NCBI RefSeq assembly: GCF_020745735.1
Contig: NC_083435.1
Coordinates: 46,004,498-46,068,497, forward strand
Direction: 5' to 3'
DNA from: Hemiscyllium ocellatum
Lineage: Eukaryota
DNA length: 64,000 nucleotides
A model generated the notes under the pieces. That model saw only the letters and a program-made list of their open reading frames with translations. It did no database searches and was not told the origin of the DNA. This document shows, piece after piece, positions 23,902-34,305 of this stretch. How positions within the stretch are numbered: position 1 is the first letter of the stretch; every line of letters starts with the position of its first letter. The position numbers and the translations under genes are program-made.

Positions 23902-25902
23902 ACTCTCATTACTGAGTCCCTGCCTCTTGCTATGATGATCTGTCCGAAGGCCTCAGATGATTTGAGAGAGGGGACTGGAGGTGAACCCTGGTTTTAGACC
24001 TTTTAGATAGTTTCAAACTGTGAAGGGTGTCTCCCTGATTGACCAGAACTATAGAACATTCCAGAAAACTGTCAGCCATTTGGATGGCTTGTTACTGATG
24101 GTGTCTTTGTGTAACTGGACTCTGTACCTTTCTGTCTGGGCCCTCTGTTTGGAGCTTAAATTGTTTGGGACAAGTCTGTCCAGGAAAACGTTTGCCTTTT
24201 ACGTTACCCTGATATCATTAGCACCAGGTCACTGTGTCTGCACTGTGCCTGGTGTGTGGCTTTGGGATTTTAAGCTTTTTCTGGGCCTATGTACCCAGCA
24301 TCCCTTGGTGTTTGGCCAAGTTAACAATCTGTCTGTGTGTCAGCAGCCAGGGGGCTGCGAGTGTGTCCCTGCCCAGTGTATGCTCTGTTGGATGGCTGAT
24401 GTCTGACTGTCTCTTGTTGGATAATTCTCTTCCAGAACCAAAGAGCAGCTCCATCATCCTGATTATAATCGGTATTGTCGTTGCTCTCCTGCTAATTGTT
24501 GCTGTCATCGCTGGGGTTGTCTGGTACAAGAAGAAAGGTAGGAGTCTGGGTGTGAATGGGCAGGTACATGCTGTGGGAAGGGAGTCTGGGTGTGAATGGG
24601 GAGGTACATGCTGTGGGAAGGGAGTCTGGGTGAGAACGGGCAGGTACATGCTGTGGGAAGGGGGTCTGGGTGAGAACGGGCAGGTACATGCTGTGGGAAG
24701 GGGGTCTGGGTGAGAATGGGCAGGTACATGCTGTGGGAAGGGAGTCTGGGTGTGAATGGGCAGGTACATGCTGTGGGAAGGGAGTCTGGGTGTGAATGGG
24801 GAGGTACGTGCTGTGGGAAGGGGGTCTGGATGCAGAAGTGCGGGGATAGACTGGGGAATTGTGTTGGAGAATGAAGAGGGTCAGGTGAGTAGGAATGGGC
24901 TGGTCCTGTGGGTGGGGAGGTGTCAATGTCAGCATCCAGTGGGAGGAGAGCGGGGAGTGTGATACTTGGGAACTTCCAGTAACGGGAGAATTTGAGGATG
25001 TGAAATCTGGAATGTGACAGTGTAGTGTCAGAGCAGGAGGACAGATTGGAGACTGTGGAGCTTTGTTCACACAGACACGGGGAGTGTCGGGAATAAATAG
25101 GACCGATACACTAATTACTGTGGAGGGTAGGAGACGGTGGGCAGGGCTGCTCCATCAACTAGACCCTGAGAGGGTGGGGGCTGGGGTGGGGGTTGGGTGG
25201 GAGCAGGGGTGGAGGGGGTTCGGGGTGGGGTTGGGTGGGGGCGGTGGTGGAGGGTGTAAGGGAAGGGTTGGGAGTTGGGTGGGAGCAGTGGTGGAGGGGA
25301 TGGGGGGCAGTGTTGCTATCTGGTCCTCTCTTACCCCTCGGTGCTGAGCTCTCTGTAGGAGCTGCTCCCGGGGGAGATGGGAGGTGACAGTCTCTCCCTC
25401 CCAGGTCTCTCGGCCTGACTGTGGGGGTGTGGTCACTAACTGAGCTTTCCTTGTTTTTCCAGCAGGCCAGAAGGCAGACTACAAACCAGCGAAGAGTAAG
25501 TTTACCCCAATTACTGTCTGTCTGTCAAGTGGTGAAGCAGGCAANNNNNNNNNNNNNNNNNNNNNNNNNNNNNNNNNNNNNNNNNNNNNNNNNNNNNNNN
25601 NNNNNNNNNNNNNNNNNNNNNNNNNNNNNNNNNNNNNNNNNNNNNNNNNNNNNNNNNNNNNNNNNNNNNNNNNNNNNNNNNAGACCGTCTTCATTTCTGA
25701 CTGACATCTGTTGTCTCCATGAATATGTCAGGCTGCATCACCACCCCCCCCCTCTCCTTATTTCACATTCCCCTCCCCTCCACTCCACTCCACTCCCCTG
25801 CCTGTGTCCCCCAATGGTAAACATTATTTTGAAATGTGTTCTTTTGCTTTAACAGGTTCTGATAGAGGGGAGTCCTCCTCAAACTCCTCTGCCAATGCCT
25901 AG
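13416..25902 (+). CDS. UAA: MHC class I heavy chain, classical UAA-like; join(13416..13676,13771..14043,19872..20135,24436..24537,25466..25495,25856..25902); leader exon not in window
   Basis: Six exons, all with phase-1 GT-AG junctions, total 977 nt; with 1 nt from the missing exon 1 this gives 325 aa plus TAG. Domain order is alpha1, alpha2, alpha3 (IgC1), TM, cytoplasmic. The lineage name rests on recalled similarity to nurse shark UAA, not on a search. Confidence 0.95.
13771..14043 (+). CDS. UAA: MHC class I exon 3, alpha2 domain
   Basis: GIHTVQLMYGCEL...FGWDGRDLISFDK...ITKNKWD...GYLEGICIEWLKKYL: C101/C164, T143, K146, W147, Y159, Y171. Acceptor CACAG at 13766-70, donor GTAATG at 14044. 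Confidence 0.98.
14050..19420. repeat. purine-rich (G/A) compound tandem array filling intron 3
   Basis: Sub-array of GGGGGATACGG(GA)n units (~14050-15540), then GAGGGACAGGCCGAGG-type units (~15540-19370), then (GA)n. A 22-G run at 14055-14076 and an N gap at 14185-14278. Confidence 0.95.
19872..20135 (+). CDS. UAA: MHC class I exon 4, alpha3 IgC1 domain
   Basis: VKPSVTL...LSCIATGFYPQAIEVNL...RPNHDGSYQ...KYSCEVEHSGL: C1-set motifs. (CT)n tract and TAG acceptor at 19869-71, donor GTACGG at 20136. Confidence 0.98.
20165..20407. repeat. 52-bp minisatellite, ~4.7 copies
   Basis: CAGTCCCTCTCTCCCCAGGAGGGGGATCAGTGCTGAGCACAGGGTGGGGATC starting at 20165, 20217, 20269, 20321 and 20373. Confidence 0.97.
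21565..21670 (+). mobile_element. Penelope-like element terminal fragment with degenerate hammerhead core
   Basis: ...ATGAAAGGCTTTTACCGAAACGTCGATTCTCCTGCTCC...ATGCTGCCTGACCTGCTG.., the same short family as the copies at 34.2, 35.7, 37.0, 37.7 and 41.2 kb. Confidence 0.7.
24436..24537 (+). CDS. UAA: MHC class I exon 5, connecting peptide and transmembrane
   Basis: EPKSSSIILIIIGIVVALLLIVAVIAGVVWYKKK: hydrophobic run plus basic stop-transfer. Acceptor TTCCAG at 24430-35, donor GTAGGA at 24538, phase 1. Confidence 0.95.
24541..24830. repeat. 40-bp minisatellite, ~7 copies, starting at the exon 5 donor
   Basis: GGAGTCTGGGTGTGAATGGGCAGGTACATGCTGTGGGAAG with period 40 from 24541 to 24821. Confidence 0.97.
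25466..25495 (+). CDS. UAA: MHC class I exon 6, cytoplasmic (GQKADYKPAK)
   Basis: Pyrimidine tract then CAGCAG acceptor (25460-65), donor GTAAGT at 25496. Conserved cytoplasmic Tyr in a YxxA context. Keeps frame between exons 5 and 7. Confidence 0.9.
25545..25681. other. assembly gap (137 N) in intron 6; other gaps at 14185-14278 and 45436-45849
   Basis: N runs in the sequence. Confidence 1.
25856..25902 (+). CDS. UAA: MHC class I exon 7, cytoplasmic end (SSDRGESSSNSSANA*)
   Basis: Acceptor TTTGCTTTAACAG at 25843-55. Ser-rich tail typical of class I. TAG at 25900-02, then AG|GTAGGA donor at 25905. Confidence 0.9.
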
Positions 25903-26211
25903 AGGTAGGAATCTTTCTGGGAGTAGATGCTGCTGGTGTGTTCCCCCTGGGAGGGGAGGGGAGGCGGGTGACACTGTGTGTGGTTACTGTGCCCAGGGTC
26001 TGCTTCTCCCCCTCACTGACCGGTGGGTCAAAGAGCAACTCCCACAATTCCCCACTGAGTTTCGAGACTGCCCTCCTGGAGGTGCTGACCCTGGGGACAT
26101 TGTGGGTTGTGGTGGAGAGCTGGGTGTGTCTGGCAGGGAAGCAGGCCTTGTAGCATCTCACCCAGGATGTGGCCTCCCATCAGTCACTCTCCTTAATGTC
26201 TCTGGGGCTTC

Positions 26212-26900
26212 ATAGAACATAGAACGGTACAGCACAGAACAGGCCCTTCAGCCTTCGATATTGTGCTGACCATTGATCCTCATGTAAGGTAAACCTAATG
26301 TACGAACCCTCACATTTCTGTGACCATACGTATGTCCAGCGGTCTCTTAAATATCCCCAATGACCGCGCTTCCACAACTGCTGCTGGCAACGCATTCCAT
26401 GCTCCCACAACACTCTGTGTAAAGTACCCGCCTCTGACATCCCCTCTATACTTTCCTCCAACCAGCTTAAAACTATGACCCCTTGAGAAGACAATTTCTG
26501 CCCTGGGAAATAGTCTCTGGCTATCAACTCTATGCCTCTCATTATCTTGTATACCTCAATTAGGTCCCCTCTCTTCCTTCTTTCTTTCCAATGAAAAAAA
26601 GTCCTAGCTCAGTCAACCTCTCCTCATAAGATAAGCCCTCTAGTCCAGGCAGCATCCTGGTAAACCTCCTCTGAACCTCTCCAAAGCATCCACATCTTTC
26701 TTATAATAGGGCGACCAGAACTGGATGCAGTATTCCAATTGCGGTCTAACCAAAGTATTATAGAGCTGCAACAAGATCTCACGGCTCTTAAACTCAATCC
26801 CCCTGTTAATGAAAGGCAAAACACCAAATGCTTTCTTAACAACCCTGTCCACTTGGGTGGCCATTTTAAGGGATCAATGTACCTGCACACCAAAATTCCT
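26212..26900 (-). mobile_element. CR1 LINE 3' fragment
   Basis: Minus ORF 26640-26864 (QVDRVVKKAFG...RPQLEYCIQFWSPYY) and the reverse-complement tail CATAGAACATAGAAC at 26212. Confidence 0.9.
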
Positions 26901-27159
26901 GTTGGCATCCCCAGGAGTCAGTCTGACTGGGACTTGGAAAGGGGCGGCTGTGCTGGGATCGGGCTGGTGTTAGGGGGAGAGTTATGCTGGGAATGAGCCA
27001 GAGCTGGGCGAGGGCTCTTCTGGGATTGGTCCGGTGTTGGGGGAGGGCTGTGCTGGGATAGGCCTGGTGGGTCTCACGTCAGCGGTAGGAGAAGTTAGAG
27101 ACAATTCTGAAGGGGTGAATTAATACCCAGTTGGAAAGGCCTGGGTTAAATAGGTGGGG

Positions 27160-27460
27160 TTTGGTGGTGGGAGTCAGGGGGAGTGTGGGGTGATGTCTGA
27201 TGGAGTTTGGGGGGAGTCAGGGGGAGTGCGGGGTGATGTCTGATGGAGTTTGGGGGGAGTCGGGGGGAGTGCAGGGTGATGTCTGATGGAGTTTGGGGGG
27301 GAGTCGGGGGGAGTGCAGGGTGATGTCTGATGGAGTTTGGGGGGGAGTCAGGGGGAGTGTGGGTGATGTCTGATGGAGTTTGGGGGGAGTCGGGGGGAGT
27401 GTGGGTGATGTCTGATGGAGTTTGGGGGGAGTCGGTGGGAGTGCGGGGTGATGTCTGCTG
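27160..27460. repeat. ~43-bp G-rich minisatellite, ~7 copies
   Basis: TGGAGTTTGGGGGGAGTCGGGGGGAGTGCGGGGTGATGTCTGA units at 27201, 27244, 27287, 27331, 27374 and 27416. Confidence 0.95.
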
Positions 27461-27553
27461 GTGTTTGTTGTCTCTGGGAGGCTCTGCTGGGTTTTCTCTG
27501 TCTCTAACCCGTAGCCTTACCCTGTAACCATCTCCTTTATTTCTCCTCCACAG

Positions 27554-28320
27554 CTGACTCTCGTGTCCCACAGATATTCCTGGGAGTTCAGACAACACGT
27601 TGGCAACAGGATTTTATTGAAGAACTGGGGGAGGGAGGGGGGATTTCTGTCACGTTAACAGTTCTCTGTCTTGTAACAGGGTGTGGGGGAACCTTGATTC
27701 TAAATGTTTGCTCCTGCTGATTGAAGCTTTGATTTGCACTGACCTTTGTACTGACTGGGGGGATGCAGCTGAACTCAGGCACTTCAGCCTGAGGCTTGTT
27801 TTCAATGTTGTATTTTAAGGGGTGAAGCCCCCTCATTGTGACTGGACTGAAGGGAAGGGACTCTGTGGGAGAATGACTCTCAGCTCCAGCTCACTCACTC
27901 ACTCACTCACTCCCACCCTCACGGTCTGGCTGCTGTGTCAGATACATTCCCTGGTGCTGGACCTTCACACCCACTCAGTCCAACTGGCCCCTGACAAACT
28001 CTGGGGTCCGCAGGGACAGTCCCTCCCACCGGACAGTTCCCAGAGAGGGGAGGGGGGTGTGTGGGCCTGATTCCAGAGACCTTCCGTCCGAGTCAGTGGG
28101 GGCTACAGATCCGGGGGGGCCTGCTTTGTGTGCTGATTCAAGATGGGAGGGAAGTGCCTGATGATATGGGGCAGTGGGGGGAGGAATGATCAGATTTATT
28201 ATTTTTTTGCAGGTGGTTTAAGAGGGAAAGCTTTGTTAAATGTTTGCAAATACAATTTTGTCTCTGTAATTTCACAGTTTCTCGATTTGCCAATAAATGA
28301 GGTTTGGCGACTCCACACTG
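27554..28320 (+). other. probable terminal 3' UTR exon of the class I gene with poly(A) signal
   Basis: Strong acceptor CTCCTTTATTTCTCCTCCACAG ending at 27553. AATAAA at 28292-97 followed by GT-rich sequence. Inferred, with no transcript evidence. Confidence 0.55.
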
Positions 28321-28563
28321 TGTCTCTGTTAGTGTTGTACCTCAGGGTGAGGAGAGTTACAATCGGTAACAAGGTATTTCCCAGATTTCCAATCGCTGTG
28401 TCTCTGCTTCCCACAGGTTGGCTGTGAACTTTAACCTTTAGTTTGATGTAGCTCCAGCTTTTATCCCGCCGATATTCCCGTGTGCCGGGGACTGATTTCT
28501 TCCGATGTTCATTTTCCAACGTACCACATTCTGCTGAGATCAGCCTTAACTCTGAGCAGAATT

Positions 28564-28770
28564 GGGGCAGCACAGTGGCTCAGTGGTTAGCTCTGCTGCC
28601 TCCCAGCGCCAGGGACCCACGTTCGATCCCAGCCTCAGGCGACTGTCTGTGTGGGTTTCCTCCGGGTGCTCCGGTTTCCTCCCACAATCCACAGTTGTGC
28701 AGGTTAGCTGGATTGGCCATGGGAGATTGGCCATAGGGTGCAGGGATGTGTCGGTTACATTAGTCAGGGG
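28564..28770 (+). mobile_element. HE1-type tRNA-derived SINE, internally deleted
   Basis: GGGCAGCACAGTGGCTCAGTGG (A box), GTTCGATCCC (B box), GGGTTTCCTCCGGGTGCTCCGGTTTCCTCCCACA core. Confidence 0.9.
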
Positions 28771-28789
28771 TAAATGTACAGAAACAATC

Positions 28790-28990
28790 ATCCCAACACC
28801 CACAAACAAAGCTGCGTCAGAATATTATTTCAATGAGCCAACGCACACACTGCAGCACAGAGGAACTACACAGAGCAGAGGAAAATCACCGATACCGTGC
28901 ATTCATAAAGAACGGGTACCCAATGAACACAGTCTGCTGATTTCTCAGCAACAAACTCAAACCAGCAGACAGAACATATCCAGAAGCCTA
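28790..28990 (+). mobile_element. Penelope-like element RT C-terminal fragment
   Basis: Conceptual translation HCSTEELHRAEENH...KNGYPMNTV with a stop; the NGYP motif is typical of PLE ORFs. Confidence 0.7.
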
Positions 28991-29129
28991 TCCCCCTACA
29001 CTACCCCATCATCATCCACACGCTTATCCAAGAACTGTTTAACTGTCCCGAATGTGGCTGAGTTAACTAAACTGGCAGGCAGGGCCGTCCACCTGAAAGG
29101 TTCCTGTCCTAAAGGCCATTTCCGAGAGC

Positions 29130-29800
29130 ATATCCCACATGGAGGTGTGTGATATCCTGTTGAAGACCTTCTCCTGGTCCAGGTGCCCATCCCCCTGTCC
29201 TGCACGTAGGTGACTCTATCCCTGAGGAGCCTGAGACTCTCTGGGATAGTCCTGCCCGCTACAGCACAAGGTTAGCCGGGGTGAATCCCAATCCCAGGGC
29301 AGATTTTGTAATCTGCTTGAAGTGACATTGTTCATTAACTTCCTCCCTTTCCCCCTTTCACTGGCAGATGAGGGTGATGATGCCTTTCCTCATAGATTCA
29401 CTCATGGTACCTGCTCGAAGCATACAGCCAGACACCTCCAGCAGGTCCTGGCCAATCAAGGCCAGAACTCAATACAACTCGGCCGGTAAGCCATCTCTTC
29501 AGGATGTTTACTGTAAGGACTCGAGGGTCTCTGTCAGCTCATCCAGAGATAACTGTTGGTCCAGCCTCTCCCACATTGTCTCAGATCTCTGTGATAGAGA
29601 GGACAGGAATGATTGGGAGGCTGTGCTGTCTGTGGGTTTTGTGTCCTACAGTCTGGTAGAAAAGGCTTTGCTCATCCTCAGGATGTCAGACTGAGATGGC
29701 GTGACCTGAGCCGCCATCTTTGTTCAGGCCACTGGATCATCGAGCCCTCCCTGGGCACCTCCTGGATAAGGAAACATGAGCTCTCGCTCCTCGGAGGGGA
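29130..29800 (-). mobile_element. Tx1/L1-clade LINE RT fragment, degenerate
   Basis: Minus-strand reading gives MRKGIITLI..KGEREE, CAVAGRTIPESL.LLRD..YVQDRG and LDQEKVFNRISH (compare L1/Tx1 LDQEKAFDR.SH). Confidence 0.8.
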
Positions 29801-30509
29801 CCCTGCACTGGATGTTTACCTGCTGTACCTGTACACGCCTCTGCTGACTTGTTCCTCAAACGTTATTCTGCATTGAACCAGGTTCGGTCACTCCTGGGAA
29901 TATTTGCAACTTGAAGGAACTGAACAGAACGATAAGAACATACCCACTTGATGGAAATCACATCCATTTGATAAAATGACGAACATTGATCTGAGTGGAA
30001 TTTGAACTGACCACGTGAACCACGATTGTTTCGTGATTCGGGGAGCCTGATTGTAATCTGATCTTTGTAGAGATTTTCAACTGAATCTGTTCTGGAGCAA
30101 GTGGGACTTGAACTCAGGCTTCCTGACTCAGAGATAGGGACACTACCACTGTGCCACATACACTGCCCAAGTGTCTGATTGGACACACAGAGTGAGGAAG
30201 CTTTCCCTGAGATTACTGATGCAGACACAAACACTGAGTGCTCACTGGGATACTGCATCCCTGTTCGTTAATAAGGCCCATTGCCCAGGGCTTAATGTTC
30301 CTGTCAACCACAGAGACAGCTCCATCTGGTTGGAAACTGTAGGACATTCAGGAATTTCCTGGTTTTTGATTATTGGGCGATGTTAGTTCAGACAGGGACA
30401 GTCTCGGAGTGGGGAGGGGTGTCCAGAATTCCAGGTGGAATACTCCGCCCTGAGGTAAATTGGAGGGAAAGGTATTGGCAGTGAGAGCCATCAACACATC
30501 ATCAACAGG

Positions 30510-30655
30510 ACCCCATGTGACCCCATCATTCCTCACAATCCCAATCTGACCCCCTCATTCCCCACAATCCCAATCTGACCCCATCATTCCCCCCAATTCC
30601 AATCTGACCCCCTCATTCTCCCCCATCCCAGTCTGACTGCCTCATTCCCTGCAAT
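30510..30655. repeat. 29-bp minisatellite, 5 copies
   Basis: GACCCC(A/C)TCATTCCCCACAATCCCAATCT at 30519, 30548, 30577, 30606 and 30635. Confidence 0.9.
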
Positions 30656-31110
30656 ATTGGAAAGATATGGAAGCTTTGGAAAGGATTCAGAGGAGATTTA
30701 CCAGGATGTTGCCTGGTATGGAGGGAAGGTCTTATGTGGAAAGGCTGAGGGACTTGAGGCTGTTTTCCTTAGAGAGAAAAAGGTTAAGAGGTGACTTAAT
30801 CGAGACGTATAAGATAATCAGAGGGTTAGATAGGGTAGGCAGTGAGAGCCTGTTTCCTCGGATGGTGATGGCCAGCATGAGGGGACATAGCTTTAAATTG
30901 AGGTGTAATAGATACAGGACAGATGTCAGAGGTAGTTTCTTTACTCAGAGAGTAGTAAGGGCATGGAATGCACTGCCTGCAACAGAAGTAGATCACTTTT
31001 AAAGGCATTTAAATGGTCATTGGATAAACATATAAATGAAAATGGAATAGTGTAGGTTGGATGGGCTTTAGATTGGTTCCACAGTTTGGCACAACATCGA
31101 GGGCTGAAGG
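30655..31110 (+). mobile_element. CR1 LINE 3' fragment
   Basis: ORF 30667-31002 (ALERIQRRFTRMLPG...RGHSFKL...FFTQRVV.AWNALP). Confidence 0.92.
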
Positions 31111-31650
31111 GCCTGCGATAGGGAAGGGTGACCAGCTGGTAATGGAGACTGTTCGTGACTAACAATGTAATGGCATACAGTGGGAGGATAAGGCCTGGTG
31201 TGTGGGGGTTGGGATAAGGACATGGGACAAGATTGAGTCCGGATCCCTGCAGAGTTCCCAAGCGGAGAATGAAATGCTGTTCTTCCAGCTTACACTGAGC
31301 TTCACTGGAGCACTGCAGTAAGCCAGAGGCAGAGATCTCGGCCAGGGAATGGGGTGGGGTGTTGAAGTGGCAGGCAGCTGGAAGCTCAGGGAATTTTTTA
31401 TATCCGAGGGAACAAAGGGGTTTTGTACAGTGTGTGCTTTGTTCCCCCAGTGCTGAGGTGACCACACTGTCAGCAGGGAATGCAGTCGACATGATGGTGG
31501 GAAAGTGCTGCTTCACCTGGAAGGTGTGTTTGAGCTGTTGTTACCTTCAGAGGGAGGAGGGCAATGGGCAGGGGTTACACCTTCAGCAGCTGCCGAGGGA
31601 GATACCGTGGGGCGGGGGGAGTGGGGAGGGCATGTTGGGCACGTGATGAC
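31110..31650 (-). mobile_element. Penelope-like element GIY-YIG endonuclease C-terminal fragment
   Basis: Minus ORF 30941-31516 contains PELPAACHFN...SASGLLQCSSEAQCKLEEQHFILRLGTLQ.SGLN, the characteristic PLE endonuclease end. Confidence 0.8.
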
Positions 31651-31734
31651 AGGCAGATGAGAGGACATTGTAGTTCTGTCACACACTTTCACAGCCAGAA
31701 CTGGTTATTAGGGAGAGGGAGAAAAACTTAAAAC

Positions 31735-33084
31735 CCACCCTGGCTTTTAAGTTACAACATGGAGTGATGGTTGCCGTGGATACCAGAGCTTCAGCAGGTT
31801 CCTACATCGGTAAGTGATCAAACATTGCCACAGCTCTGTGGGAGCACTCTCCACATGGAGTTTAATCATCGGGCCTAGTCCTTTCTCAAGATTGTGAGCG
31901 AATTACCTACATCAGAACTGGATATTAGAGAGAGAGGAGCTGAGGGCTCTGTGTGTGTGTGTGAGAGAGAGAGAGGGACAGACTGACTGCACGATGTGAC
32001 AGAGAAAAACATAGAAAATAGCAGCAGGAGTAGGCCATTCAATATGGTCATGGCTGATCCTCCAACTCAATCCCCTCGACCTGTTTTCTCTCCTAAATCT
32101 TTTAAACTCTTTAGTTCGAAGAAATATCTCAAACCTCTTCATGAAAACATTCAATGTTTTGACCTCGAACACTTCCTGTGTTAGAGAATTCCACAGGCTT
32201 TCCCTCCGTGCTAAACAGCCCATCCTGTACACTGACCTGTGAGCTCTGCTTGGAGACTGCCCCACCATCACCAACACCAACACCAACACCAACACCAACA
32301 CCCGTCCAATGGTTAACTTGTCCAGTCCTACTAGAATTATACTGATTGCTCTAAGACTCCCCCATCCCCAGTGGATATAATCCAGTAAATACATTCCAAA
32401 CCAACTCATTCTCTCTTCATACCTCGGTCCTGCCATCCCTGGAATCAGTCTGGAAAATCTTTGTTCCATTCCCTCCACAGCCGGAATATCCTTCCTCAGG
32501 TAAGGAGAGCCAAACTGCTCACAATACTCCAGCTGTGGTCTCGGCATTTCTGTCTCAACCTTTCTTCATAAAACCAATCCAGGACAAAATGCATCCCTTA
32601 AAGCCACAGTAACATCACATGTCCCTGTAAACAGTCCTCCCACTTTTCTGATCTCAAACTCACAAGAACAACTCTGAAAATGAACTAAATTCAGGCAACT
32701 TGTCCGTTAACTGTCATCATCATTAATTGTTGCTTCTGCCATGTCTACAAGCCAACCAATCAGCACCCTCCTCTCTAATACCCACATCCCATGGATGCAT
32801 AAATACAATTCTTCATTAATGTTTATCTTTTTGCAGCCAGTGAGATTCCTTAAACCATCCATTGATGGTGATGATGGGGTTGAGATTAAACTCCATCACG
32901 GTACAACCACCCTGGCTTTTAAGTTTTAACACAAGTGATGGTTGCCATAGATTCCAGAGCTTCAGCAGGTTCCTACATCGGTAAGTGATCAAACATTGCC
33001 ACAGCTCTGTGGGAGCGCTCTCCACATGGAGCTTAATCATCGTGCCTAGTCCTTTCTCGAGATTGTGAGTGAATCATCCACATC
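31735..33084 (+). repeat. pair of ~180-bp direct repeats (31735-31913 and 32907-33084)
   Basis: Near-identical blocks, including CCAGAGCTTCAGCAGGTTCCTACATCGGTAAGTGATCAAACATTGCCACAGCTCTGTGGGAGC in both. Confidence 0.95.
32005..32545 (-). mobile_element. CR1 LINE 3' fragment lying between the two 180-bp repeats
   Basis: Minus ORF 31912-32547 (RPQLEYCEQFGSPYLRKD...SLWNSL.QE). Confidence 0.85.
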
Positions 33085-33269
33085 TGAGGTTTACCAACCT
33101 GTTTTACTGATTGTTCCTGTCAGAGAGTCAGGGACCAATGGTTTTCTAAGAAGCTATCTTTCATCTCAAAGACTTCGATACTCTCGAATTCACAAACCAG
33201 GGGAATGGAGACAGCACAGATACATAACAATTCATTTTTATATTTCTTCATAAAATGTAAGCTTTGATG

Positions 33270-33810
33270 ACTGAGCCAGCATTTATTGCTCTTGGGAAGG
33301 TGGTGGTGAGTTGCCTTCTTTGACCACTGCAGTCCATGTGACCCACTATGCTGTTGGGAAGGGAATTCTGGGAATGTGACAGAGACAGAACGGTAATATA
33401 TTTCCAAGTCAGGATGGTGAGTAGCTTGGAGGGAAACTTGCAGATAGTGGTGTTCCCAACACCTTGTCCTTCTAGATGGAAGTGGTCACGGGTTTGGAAG
33501 GTGCTGTCTAAGTATTGTTGGTGAATCTCTGAAGCACATCTTGAAGGTGGTATTCCCTGCTGCTACTGAGTGTCAGTGGTGGAGAGACTGAATGTTTGTG
33601 GGTGTGTTGCCAATGGAGCTGCACCCATCTCGGCGAGTCAGGACCAGATCATGGACAGGCTTTTGGGAGTCAGGTGGGGAAGAACTCGCTGCAGGATCCC
33701 TAGTCCCTGACCTGCTCTTGTAGTCAATGTGTTTATGTAGTGAGTCCAGTTGCGTTTCTGGTCAATGGTAGTACCAGTGAATATCAGTGTTTGACCCTGT
33801 TGGAGATGGT
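33270..33810 (-). mobile_element. old LINE 3' fragment (CR1/L2 group)
   Basis: Recognised shark repeat signature GCCTTCTTTGACCACTGCAGTCC...TATTTCCAAGTCAGGATGG...GGTTTGGAAGGTGCTGTC; a related piece is at ~42570-42760. Family assignment from memory. Confidence 0.55.
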
Positions 33811-34179
33811 CATTGCCTCGCTATAGAATGAAAAAACAGCCGACACTTGGAAAGATTATTGAGGTTGTGCAGCTATCAGGAAGTGTTAGATAAACGTCTT
33901 TCATTTTAATTAATACGGTTTGGCTGAACAGAACAAGTTCTCCAGGATTCAGTGCTGAAGCCTCTGTTATTTACAATGTACCTCCATAATACAGACTTGG
34001 AGATTCAGGGCACAGTGTTAGGTTAGCACTTGGAAAGGGCAGAGCAGTGAGGAACTGAATAACCAACTGTAAGAGGATTGTTGAAGTGGGCTGAGCAAGT
34101 GCAGAGGAAATGCAATTCAATCCAGAAAAGTATCTGGTGTTAAATTTTGTTGGGAAGACTGAGCGGAGATTGTCAGGAC

Positions 34180-34305
34180 AAGTGAGGACTGCAGATGCTG
34201 GAGATTCAGAGTCAAGCGTGTGGTGCTGGAAAAGCACAGCAGGTCAGGCAGCATCCAAGGAGCAGGAAAATCGATGTTTCAGGGAAAAACCCTTCATCAG
34301 GAATT
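34180..34305 (-). mobile_element. Penelope-like terminal fragment with hammerhead core
   Basis: Minus strand reads ATTC-CTGATGA-AGGG-TTTTT-CCCT-GAAAC-ATCGATT (34304-34270). Confidence 0.75.
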
